Shown one piece after another: positions 23,093 to 35,171 of a stretch of DNA of 64,000 nucleotides. The notes under the pieces were generated by a model. The model was given only the letters and a program-made list of their open reading frames with translations, was not told where the DNA came from and ran no database searches. Source of the DNA: Macrostomum lignano (Eukaryota); NCBI GenBank assembly GCA_002269645.1, contig NIVC01001574.1:124001-188000 (forward strand), given 5' to 3'. The first letter of the stretch is position 1. The number at the start of each line of letters is the position of its first letter. The position numbers were made by a program, and so were the translations under genes.

Positions 23093-24152
23093 CTAAGGCA
23101 TGAGCAGTTGTTGATGCCAGACCAGCCTCAGAGCCGGCGCTGTCACCAGTGAGAGAACGGACACCAGGCCGGTCGGTCGGGTCACCGGGCTGCTCACAGA
23201 AACTACCTCATCGCTGAGAAGCTTCCTGTCTTGTATAAAAGGCCTCGGTTTGGCATCTGGATCTCCGTAATTCCAATAGTCGCCCCTGTCGTTGCACATG
23301 TGGCTGTAGCAGCGGCGGCACATTTTCCAGCCTAACTTCTCGCAGTCGTCCCCGCAGTCGACCAATGTCAACTGGAATTTTAGCAGAGTGGGCTTTGCTG
23401 GGATCAATGAGACAGCTGGGAATCTGACAGTAGTTTAGAGCAGACACAAAAGGTTGAGTAAACTGGACAACTTACACCGTTTGAAGAAAAACCTGTGCCG
23501 CAGCCCTGTTTTCTGGGACACAGCCTCCCAGTCGGATGAATAATCTTTTCCTCTTCAAAGTCTCGTGAATTGTAGCACATGATTAAATTCGGAAGTTCCG
23601 GCACCAGCTCCTTGGCGAATTTGTCGTTGCACAAATCCGTGGTGCACTCGCGGCATTGCGTCAAGTTGCCTTCTTGGATTTGGTGAACAGAGCAGGGTCC
23701 GCAGTGCATATTGAGATCCTGAAGCGTAAATTATAGCATATTATTGTTGTTTGCAGCCAACAAATATTCACTGCTCAAGAGAGAGATACCCGGGCCTGTA
23801 AAATCGCGCAAATCAGATGATGAGCTGCTCACATAAAGGCCGGACTCTCTCAAGTTCTTCCACGTTTGAAACTCGGAGCAGACGGTCGAGCTGGGACAGA
23901 TCTCAATGCCCTTGGGAAATTCGGGAGTCACATCAACATCCCAGCCTCTGTAGCAGTTAATTGTCTTGTTTGACTGCGCATTGACCTGAGCTCGGCCTAA
24001 AAGAGAAATGTGCGAATGAGCGGCTCCAAAGCTAACGAGTAACGCACGAGTGTCTGACGATAAGAGCCATGCTTAACAGAGAACTCGAACTCACCGAGCA
24101 GTGCGCCAGCCAAAACGAGAGCAGCCATCGGCCAAAGGTGCTGCGCCAGCAT
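23093..24152 (-). CDS. Two-domain Ly6/three-finger-like surface protein (copy B)
   Basis: ATG at 24152, stop at 23093. All six splice sites and all 16 Cys are retained; about 7 substitutions and one codon deletion relative to copy A. Confidence 0.8.
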
Positions 24153-24927
24153 TTTCTGCAGTTTTGACAGCTGGTAAAGTCTCTGCAGTTGTGAAAGTCG
24201 TTGGGAAAATCACTGGCTTCTGTCGTCTGCAAAGTCTGTCGTCAGCTAAACGCTACACATCATGGAGGGTTTTTACTCAATGCTACACATATGCAGAGAA
24301 AAGAAGCCATCTGGGTGTTAAAAGTTGTTGTCTGTGGCCGACATCCAAGTTGCATTAAGCTGATCCAGTCGCGCCCAAATACCAACAAAGTACTGACAGC
24401 AGCTTAGTGCTCAAATTTAAATGGAAAGCACTGCGTCCGTGAGCTGCGTTGTAGAACTGGGGTGATCATGCTGGGTGGGTGAACTAGGGTGGGAAAACTG
24501 GGTGAATTTAAATAGGTATAAGGCGTAAAGGCAGTGATTGCTCATATTTATAGTTTTTTATACAGTATTTATACATATATCCACATCTGCGTTATTTATA
24601 GTTGTACAGCGGCAGAGTCGCTCCTGGTGTCGGCATCTTCGGTGGCGGAGTAAATAAGATTAATATTACTAATGGTCAGATGTGCATCCCACCGCTCAGC
24701 CGCAGCTATCTGAAGGCTGCATACGGCTGTTCAGTGCAAGGACTTGGGGGGGGGGGGCGCCACACCCCTCAATTACCCCAGCTAATGCTGGTACACATTT
24801 TACAGCTGCGTGAACTGAATTGCAATGCAGAGTTAGGTGTCTTGCTCAGGACACAAATGGTTCCGAGTAGGTTGTGAGTCCGACGCTCTAAACAAGGCTA
24901 CAACCCTTATGGTTTGGCAGTGTATAA

Positions 24928-25301
24928 CATCAATGCTTAAACTGGCGCCTCATCAATGCCCAAACTGGCGCCTCATCAATCCTCAAACTGGCGCCTCATC
25001 AATGCTTAAACTTAGGCCTCATCAATACCAAACTGGCGCCTCATCAATGCCCAAACTGGCGCCTCATCAATGCCCAAACTGGCGCCTCATCAATACCAAA
25101 CTGGCGCCTCATCAATGCTTAAACTGGCGCCTCATCAATCCTCAAACTGGCGCCTCATCAATGCTTAAACTGGCGCCTCATCAATCCTCAAACTGGCGCC
25201 TCATCAATCCTCAAACTGGCGCCTCATCAATGCTCAAACTGGCGCCTTATCAATCCTCAAATTGGCGCCTCATCAATATCAAACTGGCGCCTCATCAATG
25301 C
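24928..25301 (+). repeat. 22-23-bp minisatellite AAACTGGCGCCTCATCAATGCCC (about 16 copies)
   Basis: AAAC at 24939, 24962, 24985, 25008, 25030. Two inverted units also lie at about 1583-1630. Confidence 0.95.
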
Positions 25302-26189
25302 CAGTTGATGATGGTAATTTTCGAGAGGTAAAAATTCCAAAACGCAAATGAAATGAGTCACCTTCCCAAAATAACATGTTCACTCCAAAAATGTACTATA
25401 AATACAAGCCAAAATCCGAGTCAAAATCTCAGACTTGGAGCTGCCTCCAAAGATGTTAAAGCTTGCTGGAACAGCTAAGCGAGGCCACATCTCTGAGGAA
25501 ATAAATACCGTTCGGTAAGCCTTTGTTCGAGACTTTGTTATTTGGATTACTGAGAGCGATTTTATTGCCGGCCGTTATTGATCAGTTGATTTAACTGAGT
25601 TCATTGAATTTGAGGCCTCCCATTTTCCTAAGGGATTGGATAGGATCTGCGGACCGATTCCGATACCCTTATAGGATTATTGAGTGATTGATTTTGTTAC
25701 CCTAGAGTAACCGATAGGAGCACACCACTCCGATTCCGTTATTGCTAGAAGAAGACGCCCTTCTTGGAGGACCTCTTTATTATTACAGAAGTTGATCTTG
25801 TTATCAGGGCGCATTGTTGATATTGATTACTGAACCTAAGGCCTATATATTGATTTGCATTCGAGAAATACTGCGTCGTCGCCACATTTGATTGTTACGC
25901 TCTCACTTTCGGCCGATTCTAGACTTCAAGAAGATTCCTCCGAAGAAGAAGATTTGAAGAAACGAGCTCGGAGAACCTGCCCGACACAGAAGAGAAGCCC
26001 GCCACAGTAAGTGAACACCTTATTTTGTTCCCAGGCTTAAGTGTCTGGAAGTGGGAGTTTTCGGGAGACTGATCACCTCCCGAATCAACTCTTCAGTACA
26101 TGCGACCCAAGATGTACATTTATGATAGAATATAACTAACTCACCCAGTTAGAAGAAATCAATAAAAAATATTGCGAGGCAATTACAGG

Positions 26190-26475
26190 TGCTTGGTGGG
26201 TGAACTGCAATGGGTGCTGGGTGGGTGAACTGGGGTGGGTGCTGGGTGAGTTAACTGAGGTGGATGAACTGGGGTGGGTGCTGGGTGGGTGAACTGAGGT
26301 GGGTGCTGGTGGGTGAACTGAGGTGGGTGCTGGTGGGTGAACTGAGGTGGGTGCTGGTGGGTGAACTGAGGTGGGTGCTGGTGGGTGAACTGAGGTGGGT
26401 GCTGGTGGGTGAACTGAGGTGGGTGCTGGTGGGTGAACTGAGGTGGGTGCTGGTGGGTGAACTGAGGTGGGTGCA
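26190..26475 (-). repeat. G-rich 24-bp tandem array GGTGGGTGAACTGAGGTGGGTGCT (8 copies) plus degenerate flank
   Basis: GAACTGAGG every 24 bp from 26291 to 26459. Same family as the CCCAGTTCA satellite, on the opposite strand. Confidence 0.95.
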
Positions 26476-29400
26476 CATGAAGGGAAATCAATTGTAAAAG
26501 GCGTAAAGGCGGTGGCTGATTGCAGAGGTAAATATATTTATGGCTTTTACATTTCTTACAGTCAGAATGTTTTCAACAACAAACGACGACAACAAAATAC
26601 GCAACCCCGCATGCAAAGTCACAGTTAGAGCAGGGCGCGTTAGTAGTAGGGCGAATTATGATACTGCCGCACTAGCACTGGCGAGATAGGCGGCAATGCA
26701 AATGTATAGGGAAAAATACACTGCGGAGATATAAGCCGTATCTCTGTACATTGGGAACGGCTAAGCACTGCAGAGACAGGGGTGAATCATGATACTGCCG
26801 CATATAGGTGGCGGCAGAAAGGAAAAATACACTGCGGAGAGGGATCCTATCTCTGTGCATTGGGGACGGCTAAACATTGCAGAGATAAGAGATGAGTGGC
26901 CAATCTCTGTGCTTGAGTGAGATTATAAAGTTTTACAACTGCACAGAGGACGGCTGGTGCTGCTTACCTCACCTGGATAAGGGGACGGGGGGATACACTA
27001 ATTACAGCCAGTGGCCTCTATAACGGTAAAGTAATTATTACCTGGACATGTCTGGATGTTCATATACGATATGAAAAGGATAGGGCATGCATGTACAAAT
27101 ATTTACTATATAAGCAGCCACGCAAGTACAAATAAACAAATAGACATAAACAATCTGTATAAAGGGATTTTTTAAAAACCTTACTACTTCTAAAAAACAA
27201 CTCTTTATCTTTCAAAATGAAAACTTTTAAAAGTTATCATAGAGATCTCTATGAGGTCTGTATAAGCTGCGAAGTGTGCCTGCTTGGAGGCGTGTCCCCA
27301 AGACACCACGAGAATGAGAACTGCCTGGTCTCCTGCTGGTTGGCATGCGACCAGTGCGGCACCGTCGAAGCTCTGCAGGAGGGAAAAATTCCAGCCTATC
27401 ATCGAGGACACAGGATCGTCAGCGATGACAAGAAAAGCAAGAAAGTAACCCCTGGAAAGTAATCCGCGCCATCAAGAAGAGCAAAGAGAGGGAAAAGAAG
27501 AGCCAGCAGAAAAAGGGAGCCGGCAGGAGTCTGCTAACAGCTGACTTGAGTCAAGTCATTGACTCTACATTGAAGAGAACGAGGCCTACTACCGGGTCTT
27601 CAGCAGCTGCGGAATCTGAAGTTGAGTTGGCTGCTGGAGCTGAGGCCGTGTCGAGTCTGCTGCTGTGATAAACTTCATAGAGGAAGAGGATATGCCCTGG
27701 ATGAGTTCCTCAGGGAATTCAACGCTGGTCAAGAGCAGCAGCAGCAGCCTGTCTCTTCGGTTCCAGTGATTGCTGGAAAACAACTTCATCTAATTGAAGA
27801 CGACCACGAAATGGAAATCCTAGAGGAGGGCAGCGACAATGAGTCGCATAATGCAATTGTGCCACCTGCAGCTCCAGCCGCCCCAGCTACTCTGGCCGCC
27901 CCAGCTACTGTGGCCGCCCCAGCTACTCTAGTTTCCTTCTTTCTGCCTCCTGTCGGCGGGGCTGGGTACGATCGGTAACAATTTTCGAAAATCGTATTAG
28001 AATTGTGCCGCTGTGACTATAAGCAAACTATTTTACTTTTTTGCTTTCTGTTTGGAGTGAGAAACCTACTTATTTAATGTAATTGTGACGTTGCTAGTTA
28101 AGGTGGTCCCGCAAAAGGGCCGTTGGACTGTAGCTCCTCTACAATTTCTCCAATCGTTTATTCTAACGTTTACTTGTAGTAGCGCGCAACGAACCTGTAT
28201 TAATTGATAAATCACCGCGTACTTTGCTATCCTTTCATGCGACCGTAGAAAACTTGCACTATCGATAATTTCAAATTCTCCCGCCAGCCAATGATAACTC
28301 TCCGTGTTTTATGCTAACCCTTCTGCGCTTTTATTAACCCCCCGCCTGGCGGCGGGCTGGGGGCCTCCTCACTTCTTGGCTTCTTGTTTACTTGTTTGCG
28401 TGTCTGCCTTGTTCCCTGTCTAGACTGTCTGGCTGCCTCAAGCCTCCTTATCTCTCGCCACGGCTCCTCTGTCTGGGCCAGCCTGTTCACACTGTTACTT
28501 CACTGTGTTCCGCCACGGATAACGCCAACCTCGCCACTACTCATCTGCCTGCCTACTGCTACTCACTGCCTTCACTGTGCTCATCGCCATTGCTCATCGC
28601 CTTCGTCTGCCACTGACTTCATAGTCTAATTATCTTCAAAACCATTGTTGCAGCCGCCAGTGCCCAGAAAGCTATAGTTTGTGTATTGACAGTAATAGCC
28701 AATTCTAATATTGATCTCAACAATAAAAACAACTACGGCAGTTTCCTGCCTTTATCGCCAAGTGCTCCGCTACACAATCCGCTTTGCAAGAGTTGACTTC
28801 GATTTATTTTGGAACTACGACTTACTGCGACTCTCGTCAAAACGGCCCTTTTAAGGGTCATAGCCATAGCTAGCCACTACGCCAACAACGTGACAGTAAT
28901 TATTGCTAAAACTTTATTTCAATTAGCTCTTTTAAGTTTAAAGTAGGAGCATTAAATAACAATTTTATCATAACTCTGTATCCGCTTCTAGGAATCTTGC
29001 TTATAAGTTTTCAGTTTAAGTTTGAGAAGTTCCGCTCAAACACAATTCGTTTCACCTTGTTAACGATCAATTCTCTTTGAATACTGAGAATTCGCTCTCG
29101 TCGTTCGCTTTAGTTTGCTGGCAATTTTGTATCGTACTCAAAAAGCAACAAACACACACAAACACTCTAACCCGCCGCCCGCGCCGCAGGCGCGAAAGGG
29201 TCTGGAAGTTTTGGTAGAGAAAGAATAGAAGCTATTTTTAGAAAGCTCACCCACGCACTCAACATTCCATTAAGGCCAAATTTTTCGTTTTGGTTTTCAT
29301 TTTCAAAAATCTGGCCTTAATGGAATGCAGACAATCTCTTTTTCTGTTACTAAAAATAGACAAAAATGACACACGTTACACATATGCAAAATCTGAATGA

Positions 29401-29490
29401 ATTGCAGGTAGGAGACCCAGTTAAATACCGAGGTGAGGGTCTTTTTGATATGGTTGGTACAGCAGCAAATTTTGTTAAAGACAATATGGG

Positions 29491-29781
29491 TTGTTAAAGA
29501 CAAGCGGGCTCAGCAGCAGGTTCTATAACAAATGCTGTAAAGGGCAGGGCGGAATCGAAGCAGCGAGGGCAGCAGAGGAACTAAAGAAATTAAGAGAATT
29601 TAACGACACCCTCTCACAAATAAAAGCAATAAAATATTTAAAGCTAGCACAGGAAGCAACCCAAGCCGCACAACCAACAGAAACCCCCACGAAAAGCACA
29701 CCAATAAGTAATAAAGATATTCAGGATTTTAATAAAATGTTAACCACAATTAAAGGTGGAAAAGGATTAAAGAAATTTTAA
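29491..29781 (+). CDS. Small Polinton ORF ending TIKGGKGLKKF
   Basis: Lys-rich, AT-rich ORF directly upstream of the pX-like gene, with an adenain-type IxGG site. The start is uncertain. Confidence 0.45.
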   Translation: MLKTSGLSSRFYNKCCKGQGGIEAARAAEELKKLREFNDTLSQIKAIKYLKLAQEATQAAQPTETPTKSTPISNKDIQDFNKMLTTIKGGKGLKKF

Positions 29782-29791
29782 CAATATAAAA

Positions 29792-30807
29792 ATGGACTCA
29801 GATAATCGTGCTTTGCCCGCGTCCCATCGGGACGATCGCCTATATTTTATAGCAGAGGTTGTAGACACTTTAAGTTTGGATGATAACAAACATAGCCATA
29901 CAATGTTAAAAAGGCTTGATCGTTTAGGTAAAAAACTTGACTACGATATCAATAAATTTAAACTTGCTGCAAAAAATGCACAAGAAGGAAGACCAATATC
30001 CTTTAAGAATCATGGCAGAAACTATAGGCTAACAGATTCAGATGTGAAATTTTTAATGGAAACTCACATAAAAAAGGATGGTGGCTTACTACCCATTCTA
30101 CCAATTCTTTTAGGACTTGGGGCAGCAGGAGCAGCCGGTTTAGCAGGAAAAAGAATTCATGATAACATAAAACAGCTAGGAGAGTTAAAAGCTAAACAAG
30201 GGGGAATCTTGCCACTTGCAACTTTGTTACCCATAATTTTTGCAGGAATTGGAGCAGCCGGAGGAGTCGCTGGTGGAGCGGCTGGAATTGCAAAAGCAGT
30301 AAATGACAAAAAAGCTGCGGATGAAAAAGCCAAAAGAGAGGCCGAATTTCAAAGACAGCAGATAACACAGGATGCTCAATTTACACAAAAACTTATAGAT
30401 ACAATTAATAGTAGTTCAGCAACAGCAGAGCAAAAAAGAAATGCAGAAGCTAGTTTAGCAGCTGGAAAAGGTTTAATTTTAAAAGGAACAACTCAAGGAG
30501 AGGGTTTAATCTTGCAAGGAACGACCCACGGAAGCGGAGTTGTTGCAGATAAATTTCATGAATTCGGACAAACTTTAGAAAAAACCGGAGAAAAGGCTCA
30601 AAGGGTTTTTTGACAATATTGGAGCTAATTTTAGACCAGCAGTTCAGAAGATTTTTAATAAATTAGGAAAAGATTTTAACATAATTGAAAAACATGACGG
30701 AAGCGGATTATATCTCGAAATGCGACCAAAAGCAGGTTCAGGAATCTTCTTAAATGCAAATGTTATGGGCAGTAGTTTACTGTTACCAAAAGCGGAACTC
30801 GAATAAG
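29792..30807 (+). pseudogene. Putative virion core/membrane-active precursor with pX-like GG-ILPL segments and GxGLxL repeats
   Basis: KDGG|LLPILPILLGLGAAG and KQGG|ILPLATLLPIIFAGIGAAG; GKGLIL, GEGLIL, GSGLYL, GSGIFL. Removing one T from the T6 run near 30608 extends the frame to a TAA near 30807. Confidence 0.65.
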
Positions 30808-31693
30808 CTCCTGTGGGGAGGGTCAGGACGCCAAAAACATAAAATTAAAAAACCAATAATTCAAACATTATATAAATTTTATTCTATAAACTGGAACAAA
30901 GACTGACCCCAGATCAGATTCGACAACTTCTTGCAAATGAGCGCGAACAGTTCAATCGATTACAAAGACAGATTGAACAAATTGAACAGCGCCAAAGACA
31001 ACAACGTCGCCAAAGAGCAAGAGAAAGACAAAGAGAAAGAGAAAGACAAGAACAACAAATAAAAGAATTATCAAATAATATAAGGGCAGAATATGAAATA
31101 AGACGATTAATAGAAAAGGCTGAATATGAAAAAAGAATAGCAGAGCTAGAAAAAAATCAAAAGAAAACCCCCCGTCGGAAACCGCGTACCAAATCGCCTG
31201 AACAACCACTAGAAGAGTTTATTAGGGTTTATCGATTTGAACCAATGCAGAACGTATTAGATTTTATTGAAACCCAACTTTCAAACGCATATAGTGTTGA
31301 AATTACTAATGCGAGAGTACAATATTTTTATAACAAAACCGGAGATGATCGAGAAGACATTAATCAATACTTAGCGACATTTTATAATATAAGTCAGTTT
31401 CAAGCTTGGTTTAAACATTTGGTAGAAAACTATGACATGAATCTAAGTGTGTTTTCTGGAAGACTCAAAATGACACCAAACGTCATTACGATTAAACACG
31501 AAAGGTCAAAGCAAGGTATGGGCACAAACGTCATGTGTGAAATTGCAGAGTATCAAGATGAGTACTATTACATACCCAACGATGGAAATTGTTTCTATAA
31601 GTGTGTTAAATTTATTTATGGTGATAACGCTCCATCTAAAGAAGAATATGGAGGTTGGTTGTATGACTCAAGAACACAAAGAGGTTTAATGAC

Positions 31694-32114
31694 TGTAACG
31701 GTTTGGAAATTCTGTAATTCAAATCTTAGTTTATTTACATGGTGTATTTTAACTTTATTCAAATCCTTAGCTGTTTAGATTACGTGCGTAATTTATTCTA
31801 GGGTTTTAATATTACGTATTTCGTTAATTTGGTTTCCGTTTCCAAGAAATGCGACTCATAATTTTAACATGTAAGTTCTAGTCTTTTTCTGTAAGCGTGT
31901 GGCAGCCTGGGACGTAGATCAACCTAGCATGTACGTGAGATACAATAATTATAATCAGAGCCGATCACCAGTGTACGCATTCATACTAAGACAGTAAGAT
32001 TTCTTATGCTCCGAGTATAGTAAATCGTCCAGGACTGACAGACGTATCTGCTGAACCATATACGTTGCTAATACTCTCTTCGCTAGTAATATTAAATATA
32101 CCGGACTCGATACA
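31694..32114. mobile_element. Solo LTR (421 bp)
   Basis: TGTA...TACA termini and a 5-bp TSD ATGAC (31689-31693, 32115-32119). Removal restores the pPolB frame RGLMTNSRIGKF. Confidence 0.9.
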
Positions 32115-33613
32115 ATGACAAATTCAAGAATTGGAAAATTCAATGAATATTTTAACTTGAACATGGGTTTGTACAACCCGAATATTCGAGGAATTGAACC
32201 AAAGTCACAAAGAGGCATTCACCACGATTGGTTATTAATAAATTATTATCACACAGCTGATTATCATATTGGTCATTATTGCCTCATATCCAATAAACAA
32301 CGAGGAATTGGGCTTGATCGTACAAAAGATAATTATAAAGTAGTATTTAAAAACCCAACATCTGATAGTGTTAAAGAGATAAAAATGTTTAATACTCCGA
32401 CAAATCCAAATAAATCAAACGTATACATATTTGATTTTGAAACATATTTAAATGATAATCAACAAGCGTGTCCGTATGCAGTTGGTCTTTTAAACTATAA
32501 CTACTTTTCTAATAATTGTAATGAAAGCCCAGAGACAATAAAGAAACTAACTAAAATATTAATTTCAGATCGCGGGTGTGATTTTAAATCAAACGGAGAA
32601 AAAATCGACCGCCCCGAAGGGTCGCAACCAAAGGTTGATTGCGTTAGAAAAAATTTTAAATACCTTGGTTCAGTTTAGTCAAAAAAGATTGTTTTGATCG
32701 CACACAACTCATCCCGCTTCGATTCATACATACCACTATTTTGCAATATAAAACCAATTAAAATTCTTAAAACACCAAGAGGAATATTATAAATCACTTT
32801 TGTAAATGATTATATGTCAAAAGAGGTATCAGCGTTTATAAATAAAGATAAAAAGAAGAAATATAAGGATTCAAAACAAACAATTACAATGCTTTGTTCA
32901 TATCAACACGCCTCAATGAGTTTAAAAAAGTTTTGCTCGTCAATGACAATTAGAGAGGATTTGCGCAATACATCAAGTGTTCATGACATTACCGAGGACG
33001 ATTATCTAGAACGGATTTATGAGTGGTATGAATATTTACAATTTGATCTTATTTCTTTGTGTGCCTGTATTCATAAGTATAATGAAATCACATATGAAAT
33101 TGGAGGCATGACAATGTTTGATACTCTTACATGTTCAAGTTTAACATTAAAATGTTGGTTTAAAGATTTTGTTAGAGTCGAAGACAAAATGAAACAATAC
33201 CTAAACACAAAACAAAAAACCAACTACATTAAAAAAGTCGAACAAATAATATCCCCGTTGAAAATCGAAGATTATTTTGACTTTAGCAAACTTGAAAAAA
33301 CAAAATATCAAACATTGCTAAGAGAAGAATTTTCGGTTCACTCTCACACAGATCCCTATATAAGAAGGTTTATGCGGGATGCGGTCAAAGGAGGCAGAGT
33401 ATTTGCACTAATAAATAAATACGAGAGCGACTGTTTTCAAACGATAATCGACATTGTAAAAGACCATTTAAAAACACCAACAGCCGAACCATGCGAGGTT
33501 ATATCAACTTATCTCAAAAGCGATTGAGATCAAAAGAAAAAAAAAAGAAAAAAAGAAAAAAAGAAAATTGCAATTAAACTAAAAAACGAATTGGGTACTG
33601 TATCTGATTGCTT

Positions 33614-34062
33614 TGTAACGATGTTGATATTTATTTCTGAAAATATTATAGTGTTATTAATGCCTTTTTAGTATTATATTATTACTCTAGCTACTATTTA
33701 ATAAACGAATCTTAAATTTATTTTATATTTATACATAAAATTTGTTTTACTGTATCATTCATAGAAATACGTTTATTGTATTATTTAAAAGTGGGTTGTT
33801 TCGCATTTTTGTTCTCTAGTGTTTCTTGTCTCGCTGGGCTCGTGTGTGCTGTTGGTTTGTCCGCCGCGTTGTGCCTATTCGCCATACTTAGTACTTACTA
33901 CCAATAATTTAACAGCAACAGTTAACTCCTGTCTTCAAATAAATAATATAATACGGTCAAATACAATCAGTCGAAGTTAAAATTCTAAGCTTTCTTGCTA
34001 CGTGGACTCATTTATTGATAAGTGCATAGCCGTCAGCACCGAACAAGAAGGGTCGCGTCACA
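33614..34062 (+). repeat. 5-prime LTR
   Basis: Matches 47212-47660 with about 8 mismatches counted by eye. Confidence 0.96.
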
Positions 34063-34068
34063 TTATTT

Positions 34069-34085
34069 TGGAGGTCCCACCGAGA
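34069..34085 (+). promoter_or_regulatory. Primer binding site complementary to tRNA-Gln 3-prime end
   Basis: TGGAGGTCCCACCGAGA is the reverse complement of TCTCGGTGGGACCTCCA, the conserved metazoan tRNA-Gln 3-prime end (recalled, not searched). Confidence 0.8.
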
Positions 34086-34808
34086 CGGCTAAATTAAAAT
34101 TGACCCAGCCTGCAATCTACATCGCCGACAACCATTGCTAACCATCTGCATCGTATGCAATCTGCAATCGGCAACAGAAAGCCAACTTGCAACTGCCAGT
34201 GACATTGCCTGTACCTCAGTCAGCCGCCTATCTGCTAGCGCCACTGCAAAGTACTGAGCGTACTGTCTGCCGATCTAGAAAACCGGTCTGAACCAGTTTA
34301 CGCTTTGGCGGCCAACTCTGAACTGGACAACAACCCCCAAGTCACGCGATCAAAGCCAAGGCCATCCACCCGCAGCCAACCCATCCAGCCAATTAGTCAC
34401 GTGACAATCGTCAACACAAATTTGCTAGTCTGTCGGACCTAGAGGCTAATACAAGTCAAGAAATAACCCTAAGGCTTAAGTTGTTTACCAGTTTTGTACC
34501 AACCCAAGGCCAGCCTAATTCTGCAAAATCTGTCAACAAGTCTGCTGAGTCATCGGATCGTGTTTTTGTCTGTCTGCCTGCGAGTACTCCTCATTTTTAA
34601 TTGAGTTGAGAGCGCCGCACCGGTAAAGCGCCCGCTGCAGCTACAATTGGACACTGCCTGTGATTGCAACCTGCGCGAGGGCCTACTGCAGTCAACAGTG
34701 CAAGTGCAATCTGTCATCACTCATCAGCCTGCGACTTCAGCCTAAGCCTACAGCCAGCGGTGACCATCGATAACGCCGGCCAGTGCTGAGCAGCGTCAGC
34801 GACCGAGA

Positions 34809-34872
34809 CGAGTCGAGCTGAGTCGAGTCGAGTCGAGCTGAGTCTAGTCGAGTCGAGTCGAGCTGAGCTGCG
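34809..34872 (+). repeat. (GAGTC/GAGCT)n pentamer microsatellite in the Gypsy leader
   Basis: GAGTCGAGCTGAGTCGAGTC... run. Confidence 0.9.
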
Positions 34873-35171
34873 ACAGACCGAACCGAGCGGTGAACCGAGT
34901 GACCTGGCGAGCGGCGAGCTCCTTCAACGGCCGGACCCGCGGTCCAGCGTCGCAGTTAAGACTGAATTCATTAGTTTTGTCAAGTAGAATAGGGCCTATT
35001 GTGGCAGTAACTATAATAGGATTGCTTACAGATTGAGACTCAATAGCTAGGTTATTTTATAAACTGCCACTTTCTATTTTATTTTTAGCTCTTTTCTTGC
35101 TGGGTTCCTCTTTTTAATTGCCTGTCAGTGTGTCTGTACTCAGTAGTCTGTAATACTTAGCTGCCAAGGTC

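Larger units (their letters stand above)
1632..24752. repeat. Large inverted duplication (palindrome) with about 6.9-kb spacer
   Basis: 1632-5117 is the reverse complement of about 21415-24752, and 9917-12219 of 19102-21416. The ORF track shows mirrored, near-identical translations (2885+/23404-, 11212+/19888-, 9940-/21076+). Scattered SNPs and indels distinguish the arms. Confidence 0.96.

Noticed and set aside
19102-24752. Palindrome as a fold-back sequencing artefact
   Set aside because: The arms carry different insertions, indels and substitutions, and the spacer is long and unique.
25454-26100. Possible solo LTR (TGTT...TACA)
   Set aside because: The flanks do not form a matching 4-6-bp TSD and there is no second copy in the window. 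Left unresolved.
30952-31209. Minus-strand hydrophobic ORF
   Set aside because: It is the antisense of the E/R/Q-rich coiled-coil N-terminus of pPolB.
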